Assembly: GCA_963823555.1 (NCBI GenBank)
Contig: CAWGMA010000003.1
Coordinates: forward strand, 320,001 to 384,000
Direction of reading: 5' to 3'
DNA: 64,000 bases
DNA from: Candidatus Eiseniibacteriota bacterium
Lineage (GTDB): Bacteria; Eisenbacteria; RBG-16-71-46; CAVPCR01
Shown: one piece after another, positions 41,319 through 52,870 of the stretch
How positions within the stretch are numbered: the stretch's first letter is position 1
How the letters are laid out: each line of letters starts with the position of its first letter
Notes under the pieces: model-generated
Told to the model about the DNA's origin: nothing
Database searches by the model: none
What the model saw: the letters and a program-made list of their open reading frames with translations, nothing else
Translations under genes and position numbers: made by a program

Positions 41319-41370
41319 GGCGAGGATGCGGTGGCGGAGGGGCAGATGCCCCCGGGAGTGAAGTGTGGGC

Positions 41371-42345
41371 TCAGGTCTGGGTCGTGGAGGTCCGGGTCCG
41401 CTGGTCGTCGCGATTTTTCGCGATTTGACGGAGGATATCACGCTCCTCGGAGCTCAGGTCCGTGGGGACCGTGATCAGGACCTCGGCCAGGTGGTCGCCG
41501 CGACGCCCCTCGTGGTCCTCGATTCCGGCGCCGGCCATACGCAGCACTCGCCCCGAGGGCGTACCCGCGGGGATCGCCAGGCGGGTCCTTCCCTTGAGGG
41601 TCTCGACCTCGATCGTGCCGCCGAGCGCGGCGATCCAGAACGGCACGGAGACCCGGCTCCTCACATTCAGACCTTCCCGCTCGAGCTCGGGATGGGCGGT
41701 GATGCGGAGGGTGATATAGAGGTTGCCCGGCGGACCGCCGCCGGGGGCGTCGTTTCCCCGTCCCCGGAAGCGCAGCACCTGGCCGTCGGCGGCTCCGGGC
41801 TTGAGGCGCACCGAGATCGTCTCGGTCTCGGGCTGCCGATCTCCACCCGACACGGTCGCCAGGCGCTCATACTTGAGCGTCTTGGTCGTCCCGCGAGCCG
41901 CCTCCAGGAAGCTCAGGTCGAGGAGGAAGCGGAGGTCTGCCCCGCGCCGGCCACGCCGGCCGAAGGGCTCCTCGGAGAATTCCTCGGGGCCGAAGCGGCT
42001 CCGGCGGAAGCCCCGCCGATCACCGAAGGGCGATGCTCCGCCGCCGAACAGGTCGGCGAAGATGTCCCCGAAGCTGGCATAGATGTCCTCGGTCGAGCTG
42101 AAGCCTCGGAACCCCATGTCCTCGACGCCCGAACGCCCGCGCTGATCGTAGGCCTGCCGCTTCTCGGGGTCGCTGAGAACCTCGTAGGCGTTCGAGGCCT
42201 CCTTGAAGCGGTCCTCGGCTTCCTGGTTTCCCGGGTTCTTGTCCGGATGGTACTTGAGGGCCAGGCGCCGGTACGCCTTCTTGATGTCCTCGATCGAGGC
42301 ATCGCGGGCGACCCCGAGGGTCTCGTAGTAATCGCGTTCAGCCAT
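41371..42345 (-). CDS. DnaJ-class chaperone lacking zinc fingers (CbpA-like)
   Basis: J domain with HPD, G/F-rich linker, DnaJ C domain, no CxxCxGxG. Confidence 0.9.
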   Translation of the reverse strand: MAERDYYETLGVARDASIEDIKKAYRRLALKYHPDKNPGNQEAEDRFKEASNAYEVLSDPEKRQAYDQRGRSGVEDMGFRGFSSTEDIYASFGDIFADLFGGGASPFGDRRGFRRSRFGPEEFSEEPFGRRGRRGADLRFLLDLSFLEAARGTTKTLKYERLATVSGGDRQPETETISVRLKPGAADGQVLRFRGRGNDAPGGGPPGNLYITLRITAHPELEREGLNVRSRVSVPFWIAALGGTIEVETLKGRTRLAIPAGTPSGRVLRMAGAGIEDHEGRRGDHLAEVLITVPTDLSSEERDILRQIAKNRDDQRTRTSTTQT

Positions 42346-42600
42346 GGTCCTTGGAGAATCTCTCGTCGACTCCCGCGCCGCCTGGCGGCAACTCCTCCAG
42401 CCGGAACCTCCGGGCTCGAGGGGGGAGTCTAGCTCGAAACTGCCTCGATTGGATCCATCCCGAATCCGCGCCGATTCGCCGGCTACCGTTCCCTGCCCTC
42501 ACCCTCCCCGGCGGTCGGGTCCGCCCCTGCCGGCCATCCAGTTTGCCATCGGAGCGCACGATAACGGGATGGGGCCGGATCTCCGGCTGCCGGCAAGACC

Positions 42601-44595
42601 ATGAACGATCCCTACGCCATCTTTCTCATCGAGTTCCTGAACTCGGCCGAGGAGCTCATGGCCCGTGTCCGGGCCGAGCTCGACCAGTTGCGCGCGAGCA
42701 CGGATGAAGCTCCCGACCTGACCGCGCTCATGCGCGGCTTTCACTCCCTCAAGGGCAACAGCTCTTTCGTGCCGGACTGCCCCATCACTCCGCTGGCTCA
42801 TGTCGCCGAGGACGTGGTGAGCGCGGCCCGCGAGGGTGCCGTCGACCCGGAGCAGCTCATCGAGCCGCTGACCGCAGCCATCGATTGTATCGAGATGCGG
42901 CTCGAGGAGTACCGCCGCGGGGAGCCGGTCGTGCCACCGACAAGCCGTGAGCAGGAGATCCTGAGCTCCCTCAGGACGGTCAGCGAGAACGCCGGCGGTC
43001 GTCGTCCGTCTTCGCGTTACTTCTTCGCGGGCGAGGATGTCACCGAGGATCTCGAGTTCCTCGGCCGCGAGCTACAGAACAGCGCCGATGCCCCGCGCCT
43101 CGGAGCCATCCGGGATCGGCTCGCTCGTCTCGCCGCGGCGAGCGGGGCCAGCGGGATCGATGATCTCGGTGGCGACGCGGAGCCCGACGCGCGATCGCTT
43201 CTCCGCTGGCTCGCCGACCGAGCCGTGCGTGTCCCCTTGGCCAAGGGAGCCAGCTTGCTTCGCGGCATGTCCAGCTCAGGTGGCGGGGGGCCGCGCGGCA
43301 GTCTGGTCCCGCGGCACTTCACCATCGATGCGCAGGTCGTGGACGAGTTCCTCGATCACGCGGTCGAGTTGCGTGTCTTCGGCGAGCGAATGGCGCGACT
43401 GGATCGCCGTCTCCGCGAGATGGTGGAAACACCGGGCGTGTCCCGCGGTGATCGACCCGATGTGGAGCTGGAGCGGGTTGCATGCGAGTTGCGGGCCGTG
43501 ACCAGCGCCTTTGCTCCACTCGCCGCGAGGCTCCAGGCCCGGCTGCTCGCCATCCGCCGGTTGCCCGTCAAGCGTCTGCTCGAGCGTCATGCCGCGATGA
43601 TCCGGGACCTCGCGCCCAAGCTCGGCAAGGAGGTCGAAGTCGTCATCGAAGGGGGATTGACCCCGGTCGACAAGAGCATCATGGAACAGCTCGAAGCTCC
43701 ACTCACGCACATGGTACGCAATGCCGTGGATCACGGCCTCGAGTCCCCTGGGGGGCGGTCGGCGCAGGGCAAATCGTCTCGGGGTCGGATCGTGCTCCGG
43801 GCGTCGACGGAGGGGCAGTGGTTCATCCTCGAGGTGGCGGACGATGGACCGGGGATCGATGTGGAGGCGCTCCGGCGCTCGGCCGTCGAACGGGGCTTTC
43901 TCAGCGCCGAATCAGCCAGGCACATGAGCGACGAGCAGGTGATGCATCTCGTCTTCCTCCCCGGCCTGAGTTGCCGCCGGGAGGTGAACGAGCTTTCCGG
44001 CCGCGGCATCGGCATGGACCAGGTGTTCGCGACGGTTCGCCAGCTCCGCGGCAGCGTCCGGATCCACAGCGAGCCCGGGCAGGGATCGCGATTCGTCATT
44101 CAAGTCCCGGATACCGGATTCGCCGTCGTGCGCTGCGTCCCAGTCCGGGTCGGAGACATGAGCTTCTTCATTCCGCACGATGCCACACGGCGCTGGACCG
44201 ATTCCGGCATCGATCCCGAGCGGGATGGTCCACTCATCACCCTGGCCGAGATCGCTCACCATCTGGGCATCGCCGAGGAGCGTCTGATCCGGACTCGGAA
44301 GGGGGACCCGGAGGAGACCGGTCGGGCCGGCAAGAGGAGCCGGAGCGGGCGCGGGCTCATCGTCGTTCTCGAGGGCCGGGGCCGCCGCTTCGGCCTCGAG
44401 GTGGATGAGGTCGGGAGCGAGGCCGACGTGGTCGCGCGGCCCATCGATCGCGAGCTCGTTCGGGCTCCGTTGTGGTGCCTGGCTGCTCTGGGAGAGGAGG
44501 GGGAAACCCGACTCGTGCTCGATGTCGACGGGCTGGCCGCGATCCTGCCGGCTCTCAGGAATCGTCCTTTCCCGGCCGTGTCGGATGCGGCCTAG
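42601..44595 (+). CDS. cheA: CheA-like chemotaxis histidine kinase
   Basis: Hpt RGFHSLKG, HMVRNAVDHG, DDGPGID, SGRGIGMD, C-terminal CheW-like domain. Confidence 0.88.
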   Translation: MNDPYAIFLIEFLNSAEELMARVRAELDQLRASTDEAPDLTALMRGFHSLKGNSSFVPDCPITPLAHVAEDVVSAAREGAVDPEQLIEPLTAAIDCIEMRLEEYRRGEPVVPPTSREQEILSSLRTVSENAGGRRPSSRYFFAGEDVTEDLEFLGRELQNSADAPRLGAIRDRLARLAAASGASGIDDLGGDAEPDARSLLRWLADRAVRVPLAKGASLLRGMSSSGGGGPRGSLVPRHFTIDAQVVDEFLDHAVELRVFGERMARLDRRLREMVETPGVSRGDRPDVELERVACELRAVTSAFAPLAARLQARLLAIRRLPVKRLLERHAAMIRDLAPKLGKEVEVVIEGGLTPVDKSIMEQLEAPLTHMVRNAVDHGLESPGGRSAQGKSSRGRIVLRASTEGQWFILEVADDGPGIDVEALRRSAVERGFLSAESARHMSDEQVMHLVFLPGLSCRREVNELSGRGIGMDQVFATVRQLRGSVRIHSEPGQGSRFVIQVPDTGFAVVRCVPVRVGDMSFFIPHDATRRWTDSGIDPERDGPLITLAEIAHHLGIAEERLIRTRKGDPEETGRAGKRSRSGRGLIVVLEGRGRRFGLEVDEVGSEADVVARPIDRELVRAPLWCLAALGEEGETRLVLDVDGLAAILPALRNRPFPAVSDAA

Positions 44596-45054
44596 ATGAT
44601 CATGGAGAGCGTCCTGGTCTTCGAGGTGGGGGAGGATCTGGCAGCGGTCCCGGTCGGCGTGGTGGAGGAGATCCGCGATCGCGCGTCGCTGACGCCCGTC
44701 CCTGGTGCCCCCGACGACGTGCTGGGCCTGCTCCAGCACGGGGGCCGCATGATACCGGTCATCGACGTCGCGAAACGGATGGGGCGGAGCTCATCCGATC
44801 CTGTCTCGGCAGACCATCCAGGCTGCGTCATCGTGATCCACAGCGAGCAGCACGCGGTGCGATGGTGGTGCGGGTTGGCCGTGGCACGTGTTCTTGGCGT
44901 TCGCCATCCGGACGATGATCCTGGTGGGGACGCGCCGCTCCTCGACCTGCACGCTTTCCTGACCAGCGCTGGAGCCGGGGTGGCCGGGACTCGGCTGGAC
45001 GGAGCACCACGGGATGGCGCTGGCGGCATTCCAGAATCCATAGCGAGGACCTGA
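44596..45054 (+). CDS. cheW: CheW-like adaptor
   Basis: V.EI...[12 protein letters not shown]...GRMIPVID. Confidence 0.8.
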   Translation: MIMESVLVFEVGEDLAAVPVGVVEEIRDRASLTPVPGAPDDVLGLLQHGGRMIPVIDVAKRMGRSSSDPVSADHPGCVIVIHSEQHAVRWWCGLAVARVLGVRHPDDDPGGDAPLLDLHAFLTSAGAGVAGTRLDGAPRDGAGGIPESIART

Positions 45055-46760
45055 TGCGATCCGGTTTGAGATTTCGCATGATGAGCGGCCACGTTCTCTT
45101 GCTCGTCATGATCCTGGCCACGTGCCTCTATGGCCTCTGGGTGAACCACTCCCTGGCACGCGAGAGCAAGCGGGTGGGACGCGGCGCGGTCACCGTGGCC
45201 AAGCTCATCGATCGCACCGCCATGCGCCTCGAGGATCTCCGGCATCTCGTGATCGAGACGGCCGCGAGCGAGCACCCGGGGCCGCCCTCGGATGTCGCCG
45301 GCGCCGACGGGGCGGCAGCGAATCCGAGCGACGGTCCGAGGACTGCCCTCCGTAGCGAAGCGGCCCTGATCGCGGTGGAGATCTCCCAGCTCATGACCCG
45401 CGGCCGCAACCTGATCGACGACCTGCTCAGTGAGGGGACGGCGAGCGATTATCTGCAGGCGAGCGCTGCCGAACTCGATGCGCTGGCCCGCAGCCACGAT
45501 CGCGTCCAGTCCGCGGTCAATTCCCTGCGCTCGAGCCCGGCGAACGTGGAACCGGGAGCGGTGGTGAGTCTCATCGATGATGAGCGCCAGCGCATGGATG
45601 CGCTCTCCGACCAGATCGTCCATCTCTGGCAGGGCCAGGTCGAGGTGCGCGAGCGCAAGGTGGTGGAGGATTTCTCCCTGGTCGCCATCGTCACCATCCT
45701 GGCCGGCGTGCTCGCCTGCCTGGCCGGCTATCGCAGTGCCGGGAGCTATGAAGCGCGGTTCCACCGTCACGCGCAGGATCTGGAGACGACCGTGGATCGG
45801 TTGACCACGAGTGCCACGTATCTGAGCCACTCCAGCACCGAGCTGGCCGTGCGGAACGAGATGCAGGCCTCGCAGCTGGAGACGGCAGCCGTCTCCCTGG
45901 CTGCGGTCACCGACCGCACCATGCACGCGGAGGCAGCGGGCGAGGCCTCCAGCCGGGTCCTGGAGGCACGCCAGCAAGCTGAACGCGTCTCGGCCGACAT
46001 CGATGAGATGGGTGTCGCCATGGAGGAGATCGCCGAGGCCAGCGATGCCATCCTCGAGATGATGCATCTGATCGATGACATTGCCCGTGAGACCAACATC
46101 CTCGCCCTCAACGCCGCCGTCGAGGCGGCCCGGGCCGGGGAATCGGGCCGCGGCTTTGCTGTGGTCGCCGAGCGGGTCCGCGCCCTGGCGGAGCGTTCAT
46201 CCGAAGCCGGCCAGCTCACCGAGCGCCGCATTCAGGAAACCCGGACGCGCGTCCAGCGCGGACGAGCCGTGGTGGCGCGGACGAGCCTCGCCGTGTCGGA
46301 GATCGAGGGTTCGGTGGACAGCATCCAGCAGCAGCTCGAGAGCATCGTGAATCTGTCGCAGGAACAGGAGCAGGTGATCGCCAAGGTGTCGCGGGCGCTC
46401 AACGAGCTGGATGGCGACATGCGGGCCATGGATGCCGCCGAGAGCTCGGCAGCGACGGCGGTGGCGCTCCGCCGTGATGCGGAGAATCTGCTCCGCGTCC
46501 GCGGCGAGCTGGCGGCCATGACCGCACGGAGACGAGAGGCGAGCGGGAGTCCTATCTTCGGGGCCGAGGCTCCGATGATCACCGGAACGACGAGCGTCTC
46601 GGCGACCACGCCGAAGGGCGGGCGCCGGGCGAAGCCCCCCCTGCCGGAGAGCGCCGCCGAGGCCGAGGCGCTGGCGGCGCGGCTCAGCGCGCTGGCCATC
46701 ACCGGGCTCGATCGCGCGCCAGGGGCCGCAGGCGAAGCAGCAGGCGACAAGGCCGCCTAG
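45054..46760 (+). CDS. methyl-accepting chemotaxis protein
   Basis: Two TM segments; [37 protein letters not shown] signalling hairpin. Confidence 0.9.
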   Translation: MRSGLRFRMMSGHVLLLVMILATCLYGLWVNHSLARESKRVGRGAVTVAKLIDRTAMRLEDLRHLVIETAASEHPGPPSDVAGADGAAANPSDGPRTALRSEAALIAVEISQLMTRGRNLIDDLLSEGTASDYLQASAAELDALARSHDRVQSAVNSLRSSPANVEPGAVVSLIDDERQRMDALSDQIVHLWQGQVEVRERKVVEDFSLVAIVTILAGVLACLAGYRSAGSYEARFHRHAQDLETTVDRLTTSATYLSHSSTELAVRNEMQASQLETAAVSLAAVTDRTMHAEAAGEASSRVLEARQQAERVSADIDEMGVAMEEIAEASDAILEMMHLIDDIARETNILALNAAVEAARAGESGRGFAVVAERVRALAERSSEAGQLTERRIQETRTRVQRGRAVVARTSLAVSEIEGSVDSIQQQLESIVNLSQEQEQVIAKVSRALNELDGDMRAMDAAESSAATAVALRRDAENLLRVRGELAAMTARRREASGSPIFGAEAPMITGTTSVSATTPKGGRRAKPPLPESAAEAEALAARLSALAITGLDRAPGAAGEAAGDKAA

Positions 46761-46787
46761 ATTCCACATTCTCAACTCATTGTACCG

Positions 46788-46816
46788 TTGATTCTTAGCT
46801 TCTCGCGTGCTATGCT
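46788..46816 (+). promoter_or_regulatory. sigma70-type promoter
   Basis: TTGATT-N17-TATGCT with extended TG. Confidence 0.55.
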
Positions 46817-46988
46817 CTCCGAGTTAGTCGAGAAGCGAGAGGATTGGCGACGATTCGTCCCTGAGGCGCCCCGCACACCCCCGGGGGCGCCCCCTCTTGG
46901 GAAGCTCACCGGCTTGCTGATCCTCAAGTCCCCCAGACCTTCCGATCCATCGCGCAGGTGTCGACTTGAACCTCTTCTCGGACGATCC

Positions 46989-48776
46989 ATGATCCGTGCG
47001 ACCACTGCGTCACTCATTGTCATGGCGGTCGTCACCGCGACCGTCGTCGGCGCCGTCGCTCCCGCCATGGCCTTCTTCGCCGCCGATTTCGAGCAACGCT
47101 GGTTCGCTCTGCCCGACGGCCTGATCACGGATCACACCGTCATCCGCGACCCAAGCGGTGCCTTCCATCTCTTCTACACGGTGGGCATTGCCGGCCAGGG
47201 CTGGCCGCATCCCGGGAACATGATCGACTTCGGCCACGCGACGTCGACCGACCTCATCCACTGGACGGATGCGCCGCGTGTCCTGCACACGGCGGAGAGC
47301 GGGTGGAAGAGCCGGAACCTGTGGGCGCCTCATGTCATCGCCTCGCCCACGGGGGGCTACTTCCTCTATTACACGGGGGTGGATTCTTCGCTCACGCAAG
47401 CGGTCGGAGCAGCCTTCTCGCTGGATCTCTACAACTGGATCGACTACTCGGTCGATGCTCCCGCCTATCATCCCGATCCAGCCTGGTCAGCCTGGCGGCC
47501 GGGCATCTGGTCCGATGGTCGCGATCCCTTCGGCTTCCGTCTCGGCAACGGCACGGCGCTCCTCGCCACGGCGCTCGCCAGCGACCTCTACACCGGCGTC
47601 GGCGTTCGCGGGGCGATCGCGCTCGCCTATTCGAGCGATGGCGTCAACTTCGTCGATGTCGGGGCCCCGCTCTTCATCAACAACACGAATCGCACGCTCG
47701 AATCGACGAGCCTCTTCCGCCGTCCGGATCGCTACTTCCTCTTCTTCCACGAGTCGGGAGTTCCAGGCGTCCACTACATGCACTCTCCAGCGCTCATGAG
47801 CGGCTGGGACAAGACCCAGGCGCAGGTGCTCGATCCGCTCGCCTTCGGGCCGACCGAGGTGGTGTCGGCCGGTGACGCCACCTTCATGGGGCGCTGCTAC
47901 GACGCGGATCACTCCGGCACGGTCATCTACGGCGCCAAGTTCGACAGCCTCAGATGGACGAGCGACCGGGTCACGTTCTCCAGCACGAACACCCTGTGGA
48001 GCGGTTGGAGCGCCGAGGGTGACGCCTTCGAGTACCAGCCCGTGTTCGGTGACCGTCCATTCGCTCGCGGCGGCCAGCCCTCCGGCGAGGAGGGCTGGTT
48101 CTGGATTCATACCGCCGAGACCTATACCGGGCCCATCCACAACAACGACCCGGGTGCGCCGCCCGAGTTCGAGCGGACCGGCGTCCTGCGTTCCGCACCC
48201 TTCACCGTGACCGGGGGGCACCTCGCGTTCAAGATCGCGGGTGGCAACGATCCCGACCACCTCTACCTTGCGCTCGTCGACGCCGGGAGCGGGGAGGTCC
48301 TCCGGCGCGCCAGCGGCAACGATTCGAATGAGCTCGTCGAGCGCGCCTTCGATCTCGCCGGGCTCGAGGGTGAGCTCTGCCGGATCGAGATCGTCGACGA
48401 CAGCGCGGCCGGACCGCATGGGTACATCGCCGTCGATTCCATTCGCGAGGGCGAGGGCGAGCCGCCGGTCGGGATCGCCGATGAGGCCGCTCCGGTCATG
48501 GCACCGCTCCTCGGCGCCGTCTATCCGAGCCCGACCACCGGCCCCGCCGCCGTGCCCTTCGCGCTCGCCCGGGAGGGCGAGGTGCGGATCCTCATCTACG
48601 ACGTGAGCGGGCGGCTCCGGAGGCGGCTCGTCGACGGGCGCCTGACGGCGGGGCGCCACCGCGCGCACTGGGACGGCACGGATGCCACCGGACAGCGAGT
48701 TGCGGCTGGGGTCTATTTCCTGCGGATGGAGACGAGCGCGGGAGCTGCGACGCGCCGCATCACCGTGGTTCCCTAG
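46989..48776 (+). CDS. secreted GH32/GH43-like five-bladed beta-propeller glycosidase with C-terminal FlgD-Ig/T9SS-like domain
   Basis: Signal peptide, FHLFY, GHATSTDLIHW, WAP, RDP, TGVLRSAPF, tail IYDVSGR...WDG...AAGVYFLRM. Confidence 0.72.
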   Translation: MIRATTASLIVMAVVTATVVGAVAPAMAFFAADFEQRWFALPDGLITDHTVIRDPSGAFHLFYTVGIAGQGWPHPGNMIDFGHATSTDLIHWTDAPRVLHTAESGWKSRNLWAPHVIASPTGGYFLYYTGVDSSLTQAVGAAFSLDLYNWIDYSVDAPAYHPDPAWSAWRPGIWSDGRDPFGFRLGNGTALLATALASDLYTGVGVRGAIALAYSSDGVNFVDVGAPLFINNTNRTLESTSLFRRPDRYFLFFHESGVPGVHYMHSPALMSGWDKTQAQVLDPLAFGPTEVVSAGDATFMGRCYDADHSGTVIYGAKFDSLRWTSDRVTFSSTNTLWSGWSAEGDAFEYQPVFGDRPFARGGQPSGEEGWFWIHTAETYTGPIHNNDPGAPPEFERTGVLRSAPFTVTGGHLAFKIAGGNDPDHLYLALVDAGSGEVLRRASGNDSNELVERAFDLAGLEGELCRIEIVDDSAAGPHGYIAVDSIREGEGEPPVGIADEAAPVMAPLLGAVYPSPTTGPAAVPFALAREGEVRILIYDVSGRLRRRLVDGRLTAGRHRAHWDGTDATGQRVAAGVYFLRMETSAGAATRRITVVP

Positions 48777-49852
48777 CCCCGGCTACGGGCCGCGGTCCGC
48801 GGCGGCGGAAAGACCGGACGCTTCTCCGGTTCCCACGGTCGCCAGCCGACGAACGTCGACTCCCAGGCCATCATCGCCAGCCTCCTGACATCCTCCTCGC
48901 TCAGGTCGAGGAGATCGATGGCGAGAAGATACTCGTCGACGAGCGTCGTGTCCGACACCGTCGTGTTGTCCGTGCACAGGGCACAGCGGATGCCCGCATC
49001 GAGGAACTTGCCCAGGGGATGCTCGGAGAGAGACTGGACCGCTCCGGTCTGGACGTTCGAGCTCAGGCAGACCTCGATCGTGATCTCGTCGCGGGCAATG
49101 CGGCGTGTGAGCTCGTGATCGCGCACCGCCGACACGGCGTGGCCGAGGCGGCGCGGGGCGAGGTGCTCGATCGCCTCCCAGATCCGGTCCGGCCCCTCGT
49201 CCTCCCCGACGTGCACGGTGCCGTGGAGTCCCATCCGGCCCGCCAGACGATAGGCCTCCGCGAACAAGACCGGCGGGAACGGGCGCTCGGCACCGGCGAT
49301 GTCGAATCCGACCACTCCGACATCGTCGTGATAGTCCTCGCGTTCACCGGCCACCTCGCGCAAGAGGATGTTCGCCATGTTGCCGCCATGATTGCGCATC
49401 GCGATCACCACGATCCCGACCCGGAAGTCCGGGTGCTCGGCCCGGAAGCGGATGAGGCCCTTGCGCACCGAGTGCAGCACCTGGCGGGTGGTGAGACCGG
49501 CCCGGCGGTGGATGATCGGGTTCAGCCGGAGCTCGAACAGCCGCACGCCGTCGCGATAGGCGTCCTCAGCGATCTCGTGCGCGATCTGCCGCAGGTTGTC
49601 GTAGAACTGGGTGTACTGGAGCGGAATGTGGAACTTGTCGAGATAGTCGAGGAGCGTGCGATCCCGCTCCGGGTCCCAGGCCAGGAAACGCTTGAAGCCC
49701 TCGAACGCCATCCCGGGGATGGCGCGGTAGTACTTCTCGGAGAGTCGCCACAAGGTGATGGGACGGATCGATCCGTCGAAGTGCCGGTGGAGCTCGGCGA
49801 GCGGCAGGGTTCCGAGGAACGCGATCTGGTCCTCACGACTCCAGTTCTTCAT
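48773..49852 (-). CDS. add: adenosine deaminase family protein
   Basis: ELHRHFDGS, GFDIAGAE, TVHVGE, RLGH, EVCLSSN, CTDN. Confidence 0.88.
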   Translation of the reverse strand: MKNWSREDQIAFLGTLPLAELHRHFDGSIRPITLWRLSEKYYRAIPGMAFEGFKRFLAWDPERDRTLLDYLDKFHIPLQYTQFYDNLRQIAHEIAEDAYRDGVRLFELRLNPIIHRRAGLTTRQVLHSVRKGLIRFRAEHPDFRVGIVVIAMRNHGGNMANILLREVAGEREDYHDDVGVVGFDIAGAERPFPPVLFAEAYRLAGRMGLHGTVHVGEDEGPDRIWEAIEHLAPRRLGHAVSAVRDHELTRRIARDEITIEVCLSSNVQTGAVQSLSEHPLGKFLDAGIRCALCTDNTTVSDTTLVDEYLLAIDLLDLSEEDVRRLAMMAWESTFVGWRPWEPEKRPVFPPPRTAARSRG

Positions 49853-49858
49853 GAAGCG

Positions 49859-49887
49859 ATATTGGAGACGGGCTCGCACGAAGTCAA
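49859..49887 (-). promoter_or_regulatory. sigma70 promoter giving a probable leaderless add mRNA
   Basis: TTGACT-N17-CAATAT-N6-ATG, no Shine-Dalgarno. Confidence 0.55.
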
Positions 49888-49961
49888 CGGCCGAGGTCGA
49901 AGCCGGACAGGACGGGGTCCACGCTCGCGACTGAGCTCGGTCGCGCCGAGCCGAGCCGGAG

Positions 49962-52553
49962 TCAACGCAGGAGCACGGCCTCGCGGGTGAGGGCGCGGCC
50001 CTGGGACTCGAGTCGCACGAGATAGATGCCGGAGGGCATGCTGCGCGCGGCATCACTGCGGCCGTCCCAGCGGAACTCGTGCTCGCCGGACATGAGGACG
50101 CCGTCCAGCAGGGAGCGGACGTGACGACCGTGGACGTCGAACACGTCGAGGCGAGCGCGACCCGCTGCCGGGAGCTGGAAGCGAATGCGCGTGGATGGAT
50201 TGAAGGGGTTTGGAACCGGCGGGTCGAGCGCGAGGGTGGTCGCCGGGGGCGTGGGCCCGTTCTCAACCGACGCTGCTCCCGGCAGGAGCGTGAAGTCGAT
50301 ATTGAGGACGCGCTGGCCCGCGAAGACGTGGATCGGATCGGCCGCCGCCGGGTTCCTCCGCTCGCGGTACACCTCGCCGAAGAAGCCCTCGATCCCCGGG
50401 GTGAGCGCTCCGTACTGCCCGGTGGGGAGCGGTACCGTCTCGAACACGCCGTTCTCGTTGGTCACCGTGGGTCGCCACAGCTCGCCGCCGAGCGGAAAGG
50501 GATGGACCGGCACGGCGGCCAGAGGCATTCCGTTCGACTCGTCGACGACGCGGCCGCGCATGGCGCCGCCCGTCGCCAGCGAGAAGTCGATACCGGAAAC
50601 CTGGTCGGCGCCGTTGACGACGATGCGGTCGGCCCGCGTCAGGTTCTCCGGCAGGTGGCTCGGCAGAACAGGATAGTACTGCCCCATGTACAGGGTCCCG
50701 GAGGGCAGTGCTTCGATGACATAGGCGCCGGCGCCGAGAGCGGTGAGCGCATACGCTCCATCGACCTCCGTGGCCGCGCTCGCCGCCACCGCTCCCGTCG
50801 CGGGAACGATCGCCTGCACGGTGATTCCGGCGAGTGCGCCCCCTGGGCCGCTGAGGCGACCTGAGATCCGGCTCTCGGTCAGCGTGCAGCCCTGGCCCAG
50901 GGCTCCGATCGCGCCGCAAGTCGGGAGCGCGAGGCAGGGCGAGTCGGCGCGGAGGGAGAGATCGCCGGAATCGGGATCGCAGTACAGGGGGTCGAGGGAG
51001 ATGTTCTCTCCGGCGTTGCGCCCGCAGATCGCATCACCGCCCGCATTGGCCCAGATGTCGCTGCAAGACACGGTCACCTCGGCTCCCGCCTGGCAGACGA
51101 AGGCCGGTCCGAGACGGGTGGCGGTGATGAGGCAGCGGTCGACCACCGTGTCGGAAGGGCCTCCGGCGAGGACCCGGGAGCGGATGCCGAAGCCGCCGTT
51201 GCCGTGAATGGTGGAGAGTGTCACCTCGTGCATGCCGGCGACCTCGACTCCACCCCCGTCGCTCGTGAGGATGCTGTTGTTCGCGATCACGCACTGGGTG
51301 ATCCGCGCTCCCAGTGGGGCATCGATCTCGATTCCGGTGCCGCCGCAGTCCGTGATGCGGCAGGCGATGATCTCGGCGGCCGACTCGAGCTTGAGTCCGG
51401 GACCGCTCCCGTGGATCGCGAAACCCTCGATGCGGGGGTGACCCGAGGCGACGCGCAGCACGGGCGCATTGCTCTCGATCTGCACGAGCTCGGTCGCCTG
51501 GGCGCCATCCACGGCGAGGAGGACGGCATCGGAGCCGGAAAGCGTGAACGGTCCCTCGTAGCTTCCGGCCGTGACCTGGATCGTGTCGACCGCGCAGCGC
51601 GCGGCCAGCGCCAGCGCGGCGGGTAGCGTCATGTCATCCGGAACACGCACGGTCGCCGGAAGGTCGACCACGGCCATCGTCGTATCGGTGGCGGAACTCT
51701 GGGGGTCGCTCACGGTGAGAACCACCGGATAGGCACCCGCCGCGGCGTAAGCATGGATCGGCGTGGCCCCGGTGGCCGTCGCCCCGTCGCCGAAATCCCA
51801 GTGATAGGCCAGCGTATCGCCGTCGGGATCGGAGGATCCGCGGCCATCGAAGGCGATGCCCGTGCCGGTCCTCCCGCAGTAGGGGCCGCCCGCTGCGGCG
51901 CTGGGCGGTGAGTTGACCTCGAGCTCGAGACGAACGCCGTAGCACTGTCCGTATCCGAAGTCGTCGAGGTCGAACCAGTCGCCGTGATCGCCGGTCAAGT
52001 TGGCGAGGGCCCGGCCGGGCTGACTCGGGCCCGGGACCCGACCGATGTACCAGGTGGGAGGAATCGCGGCCGATTCGTAGACCGCTCCGAGCCAGACCGT
52101 TTCGCCGAGCCCGAGCCCGAGCGGCGGGTCGACTTGATACTCGCTGTACACGCTGTCGCCCGCGATCGGGGCATGGAGGAGCTTCAATCGCTCATTGCCG
52201 CAGGTATCGTCCGGCGAGCCATTGGCGTCGCGCCAGAGGTAGACGTTCAAGGTGGCGACCGTCGGTTCGATGAAGAACATGCGGATGCGCGTGATGTCCC
52301 CCGCCGCCTGCGAGTTGACGAAGGGGAAGGCGAAGCCGACCAGATTGCCAGGTTGGCCGGGACCGCCGGGCCGGCAGTCGCCGCCGTCCCAATCGAGCTG
52401 TACCGAGAGCTTGGCGGTGGGGATATCCGGGGCACACAGGAGCTCGACCGTCGATGCGGCGACGGCCGGGGCCAGGCCGAAGAGCGCGACAAGGACCGCG
52501 CCGACGGCCAGGGAGGTTCGCGAGCGGGAGCGGTCCGAGCAGGGCAGGGGCAC
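49962..52553 (-). CDS. large secreted protein: PKD domain, right-handed beta-helix, carboxypeptidase-regulatory-like repeats, FlgD-Ig/T9SS-like tail
   Basis: SSDPDGD.L.YHWDFGDG, Cys-rich beta-helix ending DPLYCD...L..DSPC, PNPFNPST...PSGIYLVRL; GTG 52553 with AGGAG RBS, TGGTAGAAT upstream. Confidence 0.78.
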   Translation of the reverse strand: MPLPCSDRSRSRTSLAVGAVLVALFGLAPAVAASTVELLCAPDIPTAKLSVQLDWDGGDCRPGGPGQPGNLVGFAFPFVNSQAAGDITRIRMFFIEPTVATLNVYLWRDANGSPDDTCGNERLKLLHAPIAGDSVYSEYQVDPPLGLGLGETVWLGAVYESAAIPPTWYIGRVPGPSQPGRALANLTGDHGDWFDLDDFGYGQCYGVRLELEVNSPPSAAAGGPYCGRTGTGIAFDGRGSSDPDGDTLAYHWDFGDGATATGATPIHAYAAAGAYPVVLTVSDPQSSATDTTMAVVDLPATVRVPDDMTLPAALALAARCAVDTIQVTAGSYEGPFTLSGSDAVLLAVDGAQATELVQIESNAPVLRVASGHPRIEGFAIHGSGPGLKLESAAEIIACRITDCGGTGIEIDAPLGARITQCVIANNSILTSDGGGVEVAGMHEVTLSTIHGNGGFGIRSRVLAGGPSDTVVDRCLITATRLGPAFVCQAGAEVTVSCSDIWANAGGDAICGRNAGENISLDPLYCDPDSGDLSLRADSPCLALPTCGAIGALGQGCTLTESRISGRLSGPGGALAGITVQAIVPATGAVAASAATEVDGAYALTALGAGAYVIEALPSGTLYMGQYYPVLPSHLPENLTRADRIVVNGADQVSGIDFSLATGGAMRGRVVDESNGMPLAAVPVHPFPLGGELWRPTVTNENGVFETVPLPTGQYGALTPGIEGFFGEVYRERRNPAAADPIHVFAGQRVLNIDFTLLPGAASVENGPTPPATTLALDPPVPNPFNPSTRIRFQLPAAGRARLDVFDVHGRHVRSLLDGVLMSGEHEFRWDGRSDAARSMPSGIYLVRLESQGRALTREAVLLR

Positions 52554-52853
52554 CGTAACTCCTGGAAGACTGGGACGATGATTCGGGGATGGCCCGGGGG
52601 TTCGGTGCGGCCCGGAAAACGACGCTGATTCTACCACGGCCCGGCCGTGCCACTGCCGCTCCAGCCGGGAGAGGGTCCGGGCGCGGCAGGTCCTCCTGGG
52701 GGGGCACCGGTGGCCGTGTGGGTCCACCGCCGCCCGCGGGCGTGCGCACCAGGGGACAGCCGCTCGGGACGGCGCCTCCGCCGAAATGTCCCGCTCCGGC
52801 TCCATGTCATGAAATGATAGCTAGTTGTGGCTGAGCGCGAGCCCTGGTGCCGA

Positions 52854-52870
52854 CTGGAACGGGCGTTGCA
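52854..52870 (+). promoter_or_regulatory. putative sigma54 promoter
   Basis: CTGGAACGGGCGTTGCA (GG-N10-GC), AT-rich IHF-like site at 52803-52827 just upstream. Confidence 0.6.
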
